NCBI GenBank assembly: GCA_023261845.1
Contig: JALNJZ010000001.1
Coordinates: 1 to 64,000 of the forward strand
DNA: 64,000 nucleotides
Direction of reading: 5' to 3'
Origin: Candidatus Terraquivivens tengchongensis
GTDB taxonomy: Archaea; Thermoproteota; Nitrososphaeria_A; Caldarchaeales; Wolframiiraptoraceae
Part shown: positions 19,056 to 29,252 of the stretch, piece after piece
Position numbering within the stretch: position 1 is the stretch's first letter
Layout: every line of letters begins with the position of its first letter
Program-made: the position numbers and the translations under genes
The notes under the pieces: model-generated
The model's database searches: none
Told to the model about the DNA's origin: nothing
What the model saw: only the letters and a program-made list of their open reading frames with translations

Positions 19056-19754
19056 ATGGGCTTTCGCAAAGCGTCTATAGTTTTATGTGTCGTTGGCGTA
19101 GTGATTGCACTCATTCCGACAGTTCTCTATATCATATACTCTCAGGAACTTGGTTTTTTAAAAATGCTAGAAACAGAGTTTGTGAGCGGCATACCAATAT
19201 ATTTAGGACTTTCGTTCGCAGGCCTTATAGTAACCCTCATAGGATTAATAACGTTTGTAAGATCTCTCAGGTATGCACAAGAATCTAGCACCTCATATAT
19301 TAGGACAAGGCCGACGCCCAGGGTTATAACACCAACAGTAGCCAGGCCGACCCAAGTAAGGAAGCCCACACCTCAACAGCCGCCAGTAAAGCATGTTGAA
19401 GAGGTTGTTGAATCTATAGAGAAAGAGCTAGAAGAGGTTATAACCAAAGCATCAGTGGAACAGCCCACATCTCCACCAACACCACAGCAAGAGGTCCCAC
19501 AGAAGATTCCCATAAAAGTGATTACAATGGGCGGGGATGAGGTATGCCCATCCTGTGGGGCTATAAATCCTTTAGGTCAAAAAGCATGTATCGAATGCGG
19601 AACCACCATCTATGTTGAAGATCCTAGCCTTCCAAGTTGCCCAGTGTGTGGTGCTCCTTTAAAGAATCCACAGAAGCTGACTGATAAGGCATATATTTGT
19701 AAGGTGTGCTTCAGTGAATTGGAGATTCCAAAGGAACTTTCGAAAAAGCTTTAA
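19056..19754 (+). CDS. membrane-anchored double zinc-ribbon protein
   Basis: 2 TMs, Pro/Thr/Gln-rich linker, four CxxC (CPSC, CIEC, CPVC, CKVC). Confidence 0.8.
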   Translation: MGFRKASIVLCVVGVVIALIPTVLYIIYSQELGFLKMLETEFVSGIPIYLGLSFAGLIVTLIGLITFVRSLRYAQESSTSYIRTRPTPRVITPTVARPTQVRKPTPQQPPVKHVEEVVESIEKELEEVITKASVEQPTSPPTPQQEVPQKIPIKVITMGGDEVCPSCGAINPLGQKACIECGTTIYVEDPSLPSCPVCGAPLKNPQKLTDKAYICKVCFSELEIPKELSKKL

Positions 19755-19786
19755 GTATGATTAAAATCATGTAAACATAAGAGCGT

Positions 19787-20038
19787 GTGATTTGCATGTC
19801 AACAATCGAGAGACCTTTGACAGTCATTACTAAATACCTTAATAAGCCCATTAAGGTTGTCCTAAAGAACGACTTAGTTTACGGTGGAACAATGGTAGAG
19901 TGTGACGGTTACATGAACCTTGTAATCGAAAAAGCTGCTGAGTATCAAGGAGACGGGAAGAAGGTAAAGTACTCAAAAGTCCTAATACGCGGAAACAACA
20001 TAATCTACATACAATTAACTCCCGTTTTAGAGGATTAA
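19787..20038 (+). CDS. Sm/Lsm-like archaeal protein (SmAP)
   Basis: RPL..., V.LKN...Y.G....D.YMNLV, LIRGNNIIYI. Confidence 0.92.
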   Translation: MICMSTIERPLTVITKYLNKPIKVVLKNDLVYGGTMVECDGYMNLVIEKAAEYQGDGKKVKYSKVLIRGNNIIYIQLTPVLED

Positions 20039-20093
20039 TAGTGAGCATTAGATTTATACTATAGACGTTACGCTTAACGTAGGCAGGGTTGAC

Positions 20094-21323
20094 ATGAACG
20101 GCAACATAATCATTGAACCGCTGAAGCATAAACCTGTTAGCGAACATGTCTGCGAGTTCGTCGAGCGAAAAGGGTTGGGTCACCCAGATTACATGATAGA
20201 TTCAGCATGTGAAGCTGCAAGCGTGGCACTCTCGAAATATTATCTACAAAACTTTGGGAAAATATTGCACCATAACGTTGACAAAGGTCTGTTGGTCGGA
20301 GGCAAGGCGGTTCCGAGGTTTGGTGGTGGCACTGTTGAGGTACCAATTTACATATTGGTGGCAGGTCGTGCGACGGTAGAAGTGAACAGTCCAACAGGTA
20401 AGACGAAGATACCAGTAGAGGACATAATGATGGAAGCAGTTAAAGAGTTTATCAAGAAAAACTTCAGGTTCCTTGACGCTGAGAAGCACGTAGTGATAGA
20501 CTTCAAGGTGAGGCAAGGCTCAGCTGACCTTAAGGCGATCGTGGAGGCAACCGATGACATGCCGTTAGCGAATGATACTTCGTTCGGCGTAGGCTATGCT
20601 CCCATGACCCAGCTTGAAAAGCTCGTCTATGAGTGCGAAAGGATGATAAATTCAAAGGATTTCAAAAGGGAAATTCCTGCCAGCGGAGAAGATTGCAAGG
20701 TTATGGGTTTGCGAATAGGCAGGAAGATACGCTTAACGGTTGCAGACGGCATAGTTAGCAGCCTTACGCATAATATAGACGAATATAAAGCGACGAAGGA
20801 AGCAATAAGGGATAAGGTCCTAGACCTAGCCTCAAAGCATGCTAGCGATTTTGATGTTGAAGTTTACGTGAATACGGCCGATATAATCGGCAAACATCCG
20901 GGAGAAGATATCGTATATCTAACGGTTACTGGGACTTCCGCGGAGGCTGGCGATGATGGCAACACAGGTAGGGGCAACAGGGTTAATGGTCTCATAACAC
21001 CGAACAGGCAAATGTCTTTAGAGGCAACCGCCGGGAAGAACCCTGTATCGCATGTTGGGAAGATATACAACGTTGCTGCTAGGTTGATGGCAGAAAGAAT
21101 ATACGAAGAGACAAAAAGTGTCGAGGAAGTCTACGTGAAGATTTTAAGCCAGATAGGGAAACCGATAGACAAACCTCAGGTCGTCTCTGTTGAATACATA
21201 CCGTTGACTGGGTGCAGCGAAAACAGCTTAAATTATGAAATTACAGAAATAGTGAAGGAAGGGCTGAGGAACATCAAAGATATAACGAGGATAGTTTTGG
21301 AAGGTAAAACCACGTTATTCTAA
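20094..21323 (+). CDS. mat: archaeal S-adenosylmethionine synthetase
   Basis: VERKGLGHPD, HHNVDK, ANDTSFGVG, GTSAE.GDDG.TGRGNR, GKNPVSHVGKIY. Confidence 0.96.
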   Translation: MNGNIIIEPLKHKPVSEHVCEFVERKGLGHPDYMIDSACEAASVALSKYYLQNFGKILHHNVDKGLLVGGKAVPRFGGGTVEVPIYILVAGRATVEVNSPTGKTKIPVEDIMMEAVKEFIKKNFRFLDAEKHVVIDFKVRQGSADLKAIVEATDDMPLANDTSFGVGYAPMTQLEKLVYECERMINSKDFKREIPASGEDCKVMGLRIGRKIRLTVADGIVSSLTHNIDEYKATKEAIRDKVLDLASKHASDFDVEVYVNTADIIGKHPGEDIVYLTVTGTSAEAGDDGNTGRGNRVNGLITPNRQMSLEATAGKNPVSHVGKIYNVAARLMAERIYEETKSVEEVYVKILSQIGKPIDKPQVVSVEYIPLTGCSENSLNYEITEIVKEGLRNIKDITRIVLEGKTTLF

Positions 21324-21369
21324 AAATACAACAAGCTGATATTTACTTATTATTTTTCGAGAGGCTTCA

Positions 21370-22680
21370 TTATGCGGGCAAATTCAACAACCTTAAGATT
21401 GTTATGTAAACATCGTTTTTTACCGGGAACCATATAAAAAACCAAACGAGTTGGGCAGATATTATCGCTATTAGTACCGTCGCCATCCAATCACCCCATT
21501 CGTTAAATCGGCTTATGCCGATCGCAAGTGCCGGTACTGTCGTGTAGAAGTAAAACGAAAAGACCCAACGTTCTAAGATGCGTGCTATTGGAAAGTATGG
21601 CAAGTAAGTGAACGCCACCCAACTCAGGATTAAGACCTCGCTAAAGACAGGCTGCCTCATCTTGATGTTAAGCACCAGCTTATAGATATAGACAGGGACG
21701 AGAGGCCATATTGACCACCATAGCGGACTATAAATCCCCCAGTAAGCAATAGGATGATAAACGGCCGAATCTGATTTAACTGTTTCTACATAGTAAGGCG
21801 CGGGCTTGAAAGGGCTTATCGGGTTTATCCATGATAATGGCATGTCAACATTAGACGAGTTTGTATACTTGAGCGTGCTGTGATAGTTTAACATGAATTT
21901 AATGTGATCAAAAGGTGTTTGAAAAGCGCCGTACAAGTAGTCATAGACCCATAACCCAAAGAGAAAAATGGCAACTGCTGGTAGGAGAATCTTACCAAGA
22001 TTCCCGAACAGTGACGAAATCTTGTCTAACTTACTCGCCCGTCCTTTAAGACTCTGCGCGATGACTATTATTAAGATCGGGGCAACCATATTCAAAAAGC
22101 TGAGCTTACAAAGCAATGATAGGCTTATGAACGTACCCGCCATAACATACCTCTTCTTGAGGGTGAAGTAGACCGCGATAAGGGAAAAGGTCATGGCGGG
22201 CGCGTCAAGCATGGCTACAGAGCTTAAATTAAATGACATGACGTCTGTAGCAAATAATAGTGATGCAATACAACCTATCGACTTTTTGTTAGAAAGTTCC
22301 TGAGCTATGAAGCCGACAGTCATTACAGATATCGCACCAAAAACCGCTATGAAGACCCTCCACCCAACCGCGTTGCCCACATCGTCACCAAAGAGCAGCA
22401 TACCCATCATTATAATGAACTTGGAGAGAGGAGGATGCTCGTTGTTTGCCGCTTCACCCCTTATGAGCTTCCTTACTGCCAGAATGTAGTGGGCCTCGTC
22501 GAATATAAAGCCACAACCCTCGCCCTTCATATCCATACATGCTTCAGGCGGTGCAGATGGGTTTGGAACGTTCACTACAAGCAGCTTAATAACCAGAATC
22601 GTAACCGTTAATGTTATAATGAAGTATTTTTGGAAAAACTCATACATCCTCATCATTAAAAGGGGAACTTTGAAGCGCAT
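21370..22680 (-). CDS. GT39/PMT-family dolichyl-phosphate-mannose protein mannosyltransferase-like
   Basis: IFDEAHY, EHPPLSK, GWR, AMLD motifs; multiple TMs. Confidence 0.82.
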   Translation of the reverse strand: MRFKVPLLMMRMYEFFQKYFIITLTVTILVIKLLVVNVPNPSAPPEACMDMKGEGCGFIFDEAHYILAVRKLIRGEAANNEHPPLSKFIIMMGMLLFGDDVGNAVGWRVFIAVFGAISVMTVGFIAQELSNKKSIGCIASLLFATDVMSFNLSSVAMLDAPAMTFSLIAVYFTLKKRYVMAGTFISLSLLCKLSFLNMVAPILIIVIAQSLKGRASKLDKISSLFGNLGKILLPAVAIFLFGLWVYDYLYGAFQTPFDHIKFMLNYHSTLKYTNSSNVDMPLSWINPISPFKPAPYYVETVKSDSAVYHPIAYWGIYSPLWWSIWPLVPVYIYKLVLNIKMRQPVFSEVLILSWVAFTYLPYFPIARILERWVFSFYFYTTVPALAIGISRFNEWGDWMATVLIAIISAQLVWFFIWFPVKNDVYITILRLLNLPA

Positions 22681-22694
22681 AACTTGCTCAACTT

Positions 22695-24293
22695 TTAGCA
22701 GAGTTTTTTCGTGACATAAGGTCCTTCCTTTACATACCCATGCCTGTAGTAGTACTCCCTGACACCTATGCCGCTTATAACGACAACCTTTCTGTATCCT
22801 TCTTCAATTGAGATCCTTTCCGCCTCGGATAGTAGTTTCGAGCCGAAACCCCTATGCTGCCAGCTCCTATCCGACGGTTCACTACCTACTGGTGTCATCT
22901 GACCATACACATGTAATTCCCTCACCAAGGCCGCACCCTCCAATTCAGGTCTCAATACTTCTGACGGCATCCTTAGCCTAATGAAGCCGAGAAGTATATC
23001 ATTCTTCACGTCCTCGTATGAGAGGAAGCATTCTAAACCGTTTGACGCTTCATATTTCATGATCCTTAGCTCTATATGGTCCATGTCTGGATAGATTCCT
23101 TCCTTCAAGGCTTTATGACCGACCTCGCGACACCTTATACATCTGCAAGGCCGACCCATGTCTTTTAATCTTCTTTCGACTATTTCCCTTAAGTTGTATA
23201 ACCTATTTCCTGCAACTGCCAACCGGAGCGGTATTTCCCTCTGGACCCTGATTATCCTAACATAAGGAGGTACCATGCTAAACCACTCGCAGAGAAGGTT
23301 GACTAACTCCTCTTCATCATAAGATCTGTATTCACCTTTCTGCCACATTTCGTAAAGCTCAGTACCTGGAAGGACTAGTGTTGGGTAGATTTTCAGCACA
23401 TCTGGCCTAAAGCTAGGGTTCTCGAACATCTCCTTGAACATTTTCAAGTCCTTCTCGTAGCTCGAGCCTGGTAGGTTGGGCATAATATGGTAGCAAACTT
23501 TGAATGCCAAATCCTTCAATATTCTAGTAGATGTAACGACATCAGCAACAGTATGGCTCCTCTTGCAAATTCTATAGACTTCATCATCAAGTGCCTGAAC
23601 GCCCAACTCCACTCTAGTTACGCCCATCTCAAGAAGGGCGTTTGCTTGTTCTAACGAAACGCAATCAGGTCTTGTCTCCACGGTTATTCCAGATACCCTT
23701 CTATTGCTGGATTCTGCCTTAGTTAAAGCCTCCTCGAGCGTCGTGGCGTTCAGCTCAGCTATCGCTTCTACACAACGCTTCAGAAAATAGCGCTGGAAAT
23801 CGTTAGGGAAAGCTGTGAATGTACCACCTATTATTATAATCTCGACCTTGTCAACATCGTGACCCATAGAGCGTAAAATTTCAACCTTTTTTCTTGCCTG
23901 AAGATAGGGATCGTATGAGCTCATACTAGCCAATTTAACTGCGGCTTCCTCGCCGGTGTAGCTCTGGGGCGTACTATACTCAATACCTCCAGGACAATAT
24001 ATGCATCTGCCGTGCGGACATCTGCTTGGAGGTGTAACAACGGTAACTACAGATATGCCGGAGATTGTTCTAACTGGCTTAACCCTTAATATGCGGGCAA
24101 GCTTCTTTCTATCGCTCTCATCCGTAACCATGCTCAGAATCTCTAAGTTTGATGGTACGTAACCAAGGTTCAGCTCTTTAGCGATAGATATCTTAAGTCT
24201 TGAAATGTTATCGCTAGCACCTTCATTACACCTATCCATAAGGGCTTTCACAAAATCTTTCATCAAAGCCTCCTTCGTCATCATCCCCATCAT
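22695..24293 (-). CDS. elp3: tRNA uridine(34) acetyltransferase Elp3
   Basis: KPVRTISG, CPHGRCIYCPGG, ETRPD, KIYPTLV, VRELHVYG, QHRGFG. Confidence 0.95.
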   Translation of the reverse strand: MMGMMTKEALMKDFVKALMDRCNEGASDNISRLKISIAKELNLGYVPSNLEILSMVTDESDRKKLARILRVKPVRTISGISVVTVVTPPSRCPHGRCIYCPGGIEYSTPQSYTGEEAAVKLASMSSYDPYLQARKKVEILRSMGHDVDKVEIIIIGGTFTAFPNDFQRYFLKRCVEAIAELNATTLEEALTKAESSNRRVSGITVETRPDCVSLEQANALLEMGVTRVELGVQALDDEVYRICKRSHTVADVVTSTRILKDLAFKVCYHIMPNLPGSSYEKDLKMFKEMFENPSFRPDVLKIYPTLVLPGTELYEMWQKGEYRSYDEEELVNLLCEWFSMVPPYVRIIRVQREIPLRLAVAGNRLYNLREIVERRLKDMGRPCRCIRCREVGHKALKEGIYPDMDHIELRIMKYEASNGLECFLSYEDVKNDILLGFIRLRMPSEVLRPELEGAALVRELHVYGQMTPVGSEPSDRSWQHRGFGSKLLSEAERISIEEGYRKVVVISGIGVREYYYRHGYVKEGPYVTKKLC

Positions 24294-24313
24294 CCCATAG
24301 GCAAGACCTTACT

Positions 24314-25327
24314 TTAATCCTCTTCATCCTTTAGTCTCGGTAACACCTCAGTATTCAGAAGCACCACTGCTTTTTGTAGGTCAGGTCCAATTGGTGAACC
24401 GATGACTATGTGTTCGTAGCCTAGAGACCGTATAGCGAGAAGCTTTTCAGCTACCTGCTCAGACGTTCCGTAAATTGCGAATTTGTCAACCTCATCCTCA
24501 ACAAAAGACTTAGCCTCTTGGAGATCCATACGTAGGATAGCCGACCTAATCTTCGATGCCTTTTCTATACTTACGTCCAATCGTTCGAGGATCGTATCGC
24601 TAGAACCTGCAAGTATATACGCGGCATACGGTAACGCTGCTTTTTTCGCAAGTGAGACGTCATCGGAGATTGAGACAGACGTATGGGCTACTACGTCGAT
24701 ATTTGAGGGGTTCCTTCCAGCGTCCGCGATTGTGCGGTATATCAAATTATACGCATACCTTAACATATCCTCATCGGAGAAGTTTACGAGTATACCATCG
24801 GCAAGGCGTGCCGCCATCTTAAGCATGTTGTCACCCTGGGCACCCACGTATATGGGAATGTTATTCTGATCTCCGAAGTTTAGCTTTGCGTTGATTAACT
24901 TGAACGCTGGACTGTAAACATTAAGGGCGTTCCCCTTTAGCAGTATCCTGACTGAAAGTAACGCATCCCTTACAACACGTACTGGGTTAAGTCTTTCAAA
25001 ACCTAGTTGCATAAGGCTCAGGAAGTCGCCTGCACCTATACCGCATACAACCCTACCTTTCGCTAAATCCGCTAGGGTTAAGATACTTTGGGCTATGTAT
25101 GCCGGATGGTGTAGATATGGGCTTAGCACTGCAGGACCTATTTTAGCGCGGTGAGTAGCTGACGCGATAACACTTAAAACGATGAATACATTTCTGTTAT
25201 GATAGTGGTCGCTGACCCAAATCGTATCAAAACCAAGCTCGTCGATCAGTCCAGCTAAATCCTTAAGCATAGAAGTATGCCATTTTGGTGTAAACTCTAC
25301 AGAGAGTTTGAAGACCAAGAGGTCCAC
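24314..25327 (-). CDS. F420-dependent LLM oxidoreductase (Mer-like)
   Basis: W.SDHYHNRN, GIGAGD, IPIYVGAQG..ML, ADGILVN, GSPIGPD. Confidence 0.85.
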   Translation of the reverse strand: MDLLVFKLSVEFTPKWHTSMLKDLAGLIDELGFDTIWVSDHYHNRNVFIVLSVIASATHRAKIGPAVLSPYLHHPAYIAQSILTLADLAKGRVVCGIGAGDFLSLMQLGFERLNPVRVVRDALLSVRILLKGNALNVYSPAFKLINAKLNFGDQNNIPIYVGAQGDNMLKMAARLADGILVNFSDEDMLRYAYNLIYRTIADAGRNPSNIDVVAHTSVSISDDVSLAKKAALPYAAYILAGSSDTILERLDVSIEKASKIRSAILRMDLQEAKSFVEDEVDKFAIYGTSEQVAEKLLAIRSLGYEHIVIGSPIGPDLQKAVVLLNTEVLPRLKDEED

Positions 25328-25429
25328 CGTTCATTAATGATATTTTGTTTAATATGAAGTACTTTAAAGTTATGTTTGACACCTATCAAGCCGAAAACGG
25401 TTATATTGGCACGGGTTCAATAAAAATAC

Positions 25430-26146
25430 ATGTTCATCTCGAAAAGGGCGACCGTGAGAGGGTACTTATCTCATGGCTGCTATGTATTCGGTAGCAGTTA
25501 CATCGGTAACGGCACGTTCATCGATACTAACGTTGTGGTAGGCTATCCTTCTAGAAGCAAGCTCATAAAAGCAAGATTTGAAAGTCAACATGTACTCGAA
25601 ATTTTAGATGATTTAAGCAACGGTGCTAGAATAGGTGATAAGTGTATTGTAAGGTGTGGCACCATAATATACGAAGATGTAAATATAGGAAATTATGTGG
25701 AGACGGGGCATAACGTTCTAATAAGATCTGGTTCACGAATAGGCAATAATTGCGTCGTAGGCACAGGGACTCAACTCGATGGCTCCGTAAAGATCGGCAA
25801 TAATGTTAGGGTAGAATCGATGGTGTATTTGCCTCATTTAACCGAAATTGGCGATAACGTATTTTTGGGACCAGGCGTAAGGGTGACGAATGACCTATAT
25901 CCGCCGAGTAGAAAGCTACTTGGAGTGCGTGTAGAAGACGATGCTTCGATAGGTTGCGGAGCGATCTTGCTAGCTGGCATAACAATCGGAAAAGGAGCGG
26001 TTGTTGCCGCTGGCGCCGTGGTTACGAGGGATGTCCCACCCAACGTTGTTGTTAAAGGCATACCTGCCAGGCTACACGCAAGTAAAGACGAGTACCTAAA
26101 GAAAAAGTCAGATTACGAAACCAAAGGTTCATGCCATGGTATATAA
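25430..26146 (+). CDS. hexapeptide-repeat (LbH) acyltransferase
   Basis: Repeated IG.N.V units; FLGPGV..TND.YP; AGAVVTRDVP. Confidence 0.88.
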   Translation: MFISKRATVRGYLSHGCYVFGSSYIGNGTFIDTNVVVGYPSRSKLIKARFESQHVLEILDDLSNGARIGDKCIVRCGTIIYEDVNIGNYVETGHNVLIRSGSRIGNNCVVGTGTQLDGSVKIGNNVRVESMVYLPHLTEIGDNVFLGPGVRVTNDLYPPSRKLLGVRVEDDASIGCGAILLAGITIGKGAVVAAGAVVTRDVPPNVVVKGIPARLHASKDEYLKKKSDYETKGSCHGI

Positions 26147-26242
26147 ACCATCTACTCATAAATGGGAAGATGTAGTAATAAGTTAAGGTTAAGTTTAAAT
26201 TTACAAAAGGTTATATTATCCTTCTGCTAAGGAGAGTGTGTA

Positions 26243-26551
26243 ATGCCGGATATCTGTCCGCGTTGTGGGCTACCAACATCGATTTGCGTTTGCGAGACGA
26301 TAAGCCGTGAACAACAGCATGTCAGGGTGAAACTAGAGCTGAGGAAATGGGGCAAAGTATCTACCATTATAGAAGGTTTGGACGGTAATAAGAAAGATCT
26401 GATGGAAATAGCCTCAAAACTAAAATCAGCATGCGCATGTGGCGGTGCCCTTAAGGATGGCGTCATAATCCTTCAGGGCGACCATAGAGAAAAAGTAAAA
26501 GAAATTCTAGTGAATATGGGCATACAACCTGAAAACATTGACGTGATATAG
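26243..26551 (+). CDS. translation initiation factor SUI1/aIF1
   Basis: CPRCGLP...C.C, RKWGK..TIIEG, LKSACACGG, ILQGDHR. Confidence 0.95.
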   Translation: MPDICPRCGLPTSICVCETISREQQHVRVKLELRKWGKVSTIIEGLDGNKKDLMEIASKLKSACACGGALKDGVIILQGDHREKVKEILVNMGIQPENIDVI

Positions 26552-26564
26552 GGCTAAAACATGC

Positions 26565-27557
26565 TTAATTGGCGGCAGGAGTCTGTGTGGATGTTACACC
26601 TTCCAAGACGTCCTTTAGACCCTTGAACCTGTTGCGGACTGTTACCTCTGTCACACCAGCCGCCCTTGCTATATCCTTCTGCGTTACGTTTTGATCCGTC
26701 TCTTGACATGCCATATAGAGTGCCGCTGCCGCCATACCTACAGGATCCTTCCCCACAGTTGCACCTTTCGATGAGGCTGATGCCAGTACCTTGATAGCCT
26801 CTTGGACTACTCTTTCTTCCAAACCTAACTTTGACGCTATCTTGTATAGGTAGATCTTGGGGTCGGCAACGGGCACCTTAAGATTCAAATGCTTCAGGAG
26901 TAGGCGGTAGCCCTGGGCTATCGTCTTTCTCTTCACCACAGGATAAGCTTTCTCGAACTCCCTTAGGTCTCTTGGTGTGTCCATCATTCTACACGCCGCG
27001 TAAGTCGCTGCGGCCATTATGGACCTTATCGACCTTCCACGAACGAGACCAGCTTTTAACGCATTCCTGTATATCAGCATAGCCCTCTCTGCAACTGCCT
27101 TCGACAAGTGTAGCTTGTCAACGTATATTTCAAGGATATTCACTGCTTGCTGAAGGTTTCTAGTCTCAGACGTGTTGACCTGCGATATTGCATCAAGCTT
27201 CTTGAGTCTCAGCATTTTCTCCTTAACTTCTTTTGGAAGTTTCCTTCCTGCAGCATCCTCATCCACTTTTTCAATGACTGTCGATAATCCATGGTCTCTA
27301 TACATTATAGAGAGTGGCGCACCGACTCTGCTGCGACTCTCGTCTTCTTCATCTATGTTCCTCCACTCAGGACCCCAATCAACATCTCTCTCAAGGATGA
27401 CGTAACCGCAGACTGGGCAGCTTACCTCACCACTCTTAGCATCGGTTATCAGAGCTGTGTTTCCGCACTCTGGACAGACCATATCGTCTTTCCAGCCCCT
27501 TATCTTTGGCATACGCTTTTTCACCCCTTCTTTACTATCAGTACCGGACGTTCCCAT
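26565..27557 (-). CDS. tfb: transcription initiation factor IIB
   Basis: CPECG..CPVCG Zn ribbon, GPEWR, RVGAP, GRS, GKDP.G.AAAALY, VTEVTVRNR. Confidence 0.96.
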   Translation of the reverse strand: MGTSGTDSKEGVKKRMPKIRGWKDDMVCPECGNTALITDAKSGEVSCPVCGYVILERDVDWGPEWRNIDEEDESRSRVGAPLSIMYRDHGLSTVIEKVDEDAAGRKLPKEVKEKMLRLKKLDAISQVNTSETRNLQQAVNILEIYVDKLHLSKAVAERAMLIYRNALKAGLVRGRSIRSIMAAATYAACRMMDTPRDLREFEKAYPVVKRKTIAQGYRLLLKHLNLKVPVADPKIYLYKIASKLGLEERVVQEAIKVLASASSKGATVGKDPVGMAAAALYMACQETDQNVTQKDIARAAGVTEVTVRNRFKGLKDVLEGVTSTQTPAAN

Positions 27558-27755
27558 CCCACCTAATTTTTATATAAAGGTTACGAAATCTATAACTAAA
27601 TCCGCATATTTAGTATATAAACTTTTCGCTTTAATGTAGCGGCAATATAACGCAGAAACCCTCTAGGTTAGAAGCTGACCTTACATCGCTCGCCAAAAAG
27701 CACAGAATGTTGAAGCTTAAAGATATTAGCAACCGCTATTAAGAGAGTCTCGAAA

Positions 27756-29198
27756 ATGGTAATAAAGGTTTATAATACTCTTACCAGGCGGCTGGAAAAT
27801 TTCGAGCCTTTCGAAGGTAACCTTGTAAAGATGTACGTATGCGGGCCGACTGTTCAAGATGTGGCACACTTGGGTCATGCAAGAACTTACATAGCATTTG
27901 ACGCCATAATAAGATTTCTTGAGTATCGAGGGTATAGGGTGTTCTATGTTAGGAATATCACTGATGTCGGGCACATAAGGGAGGAGTCTGGGAGGGATAG
28001 AATACTCGAGGGAGCTGCTAGGGAAAAGCTCGAACCCATGGAGCTCGTGGATAAGTACATGTTGATGTTCTTTGAGGACATGGATGCATTAAAGCTCAGA
28101 AGACCGAACATACAACCTAGAGCAACGATGCATATACTGGATATGATCGAGATGATCAAAACGCTAATAGAAAAAGGGTATGCGTACGAAGTAGACGGTA
28201 ACGTGTACTTCGATGTCTCCAAATTCCCAGATTACGGTAGGCTCTCCGGAATCAAGTATGAAGAACTCATTAAGCATAGGATAGAACCTGACCCAAGAAA
28301 GAAGAACCCGGCCGACTTCGCACTTTGGAAGAAAGCTGAAAAGGGATATCTCCTAAAGTGGCCTAGCATATGGGGCGAAGGGTTCCCTGGATGGCACATA
28401 GAGTGCTCCGTCATGAGTATGAAATACTTGGGGCCGCAGATAGACATTCATGGTGGAGGGCAAGAGCTCATACTGCCCCATCATGAGAACGAGATAGCTC
28501 AGTCAGAGGCCTTTACAGGTAAGAAACCTTTTGTCAAGTATTGGCTCCATACAGGCTATTTAACGATAGCTGGTGAAAAGATGTCAAAATCCTTAGGAAA
28601 CTTCGTGACAATAAAGGAGGTGCTGAAAAAGTACGACGCTGACGCCATAAGGTTTTTCGTGCTCTCTTCACACTACAGAAGCAACATAGATTATAATGAA
28701 GAAGCCATAAAGAGGGCAGCGGACAGCGTCGATAGGATTAGGTCTACGTTGAGAGAGCTGTATTATGAAACAGAGGGGGCTCGTCCTGGGAATGATGAAA
28801 CGGTATCAAGAATTTGTGCAGAAATGAGGGAGAGATTTATAAAGGCCATGGAGATGGATTTTAACACCCCCGAGGCTCTCTCCGTACTTCACGAACTAAT
28901 ACATAAAGCGAATGCGTATCTTTCATCAAAAGTTGTAACAAAAGCAGGGATTGATGCCTACTACAATACAATACTAGAACTTTGCAACTCTATAGGTCTT
29001 CTACAGGACTTTAAACCAGAGATAACGATAGACAATTTAATCGTTTCAGAGGTTTTGAAGATACTACTCGATCTCAGGGAAGAATTAAGGAAAAGGGGCA
29101 TGTATGATTTGAGCGATCGTATCAGGGAAGGTCTAAAAGAAGTCGGAATATTCATCGAAGATACGAAAGAGGGACAAAAGGTAAGGTTGAAGAGGTGA
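27756..29198 (+). CDS. cysS: cysteine--tRNA ligase
   Basis: MYVCGPTV...HLGHAR, DFALWK, PGWHIECS, PHHENE, KMSKSLGN. Confidence 0.97.
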   Translation: MVIKVYNTLTRRLENFEPFEGNLVKMYVCGPTVQDVAHLGHARTYIAFDAIIRFLEYRGYRVFYVRNITDVGHIREESGRDRILEGAAREKLEPMELVDKYMLMFFEDMDALKLRRPNIQPRATMHILDMIEMIKTLIEKGYAYEVDGNVYFDVSKFPDYGRLSGIKYEELIKHRIEPDPRKKNPADFALWKKAEKGYLLKWPSIWGEGFPGWHIECSVMSMKYLGPQIDIHGGGQELILPHHENEIAQSEAFTGKKPFVKYWLHTGYLTIAGEKMSKSLGNFVTIKEVLKKYDADAIRFFVLSSHYRSNIDYNEEAIKRAADSVDRIRSTLRELYYETEGARPGNDETVSRICAEMRERFIKAMEMDFNTPEALSVLHELIHKANAYLSSKVVTKAGIDAYYNTILELCNSIGLLQDFKPEITIDNLIVSEVLKILLDLREELRKRGMYDLSDRIREGLKEVGIFIEDTKEGQKVRLKR

Positions 29199-29252
29199 CG
29201 CTTAGCTAGTTTTATATATCTTGACACTTTGTGAAGAAGTAGGGCGTTATAG

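Noticed and set aside
24314-25327. Evidence of methanogenesis or an H4MPT C1 pathway from the Mer-like gene
   Set aside because: Mer-like LLM reductases are widespread in F420 producers, and no mtd, mch, ftr or mcr genes are in the window.
27595-27614. Inverted repeat ACTAAAT-N6-ATTTAGT upstream of tfb
   Set aside because: Only 7-bp AT-rich arms within AT-rich promoter DNA, so it could easily be chance.
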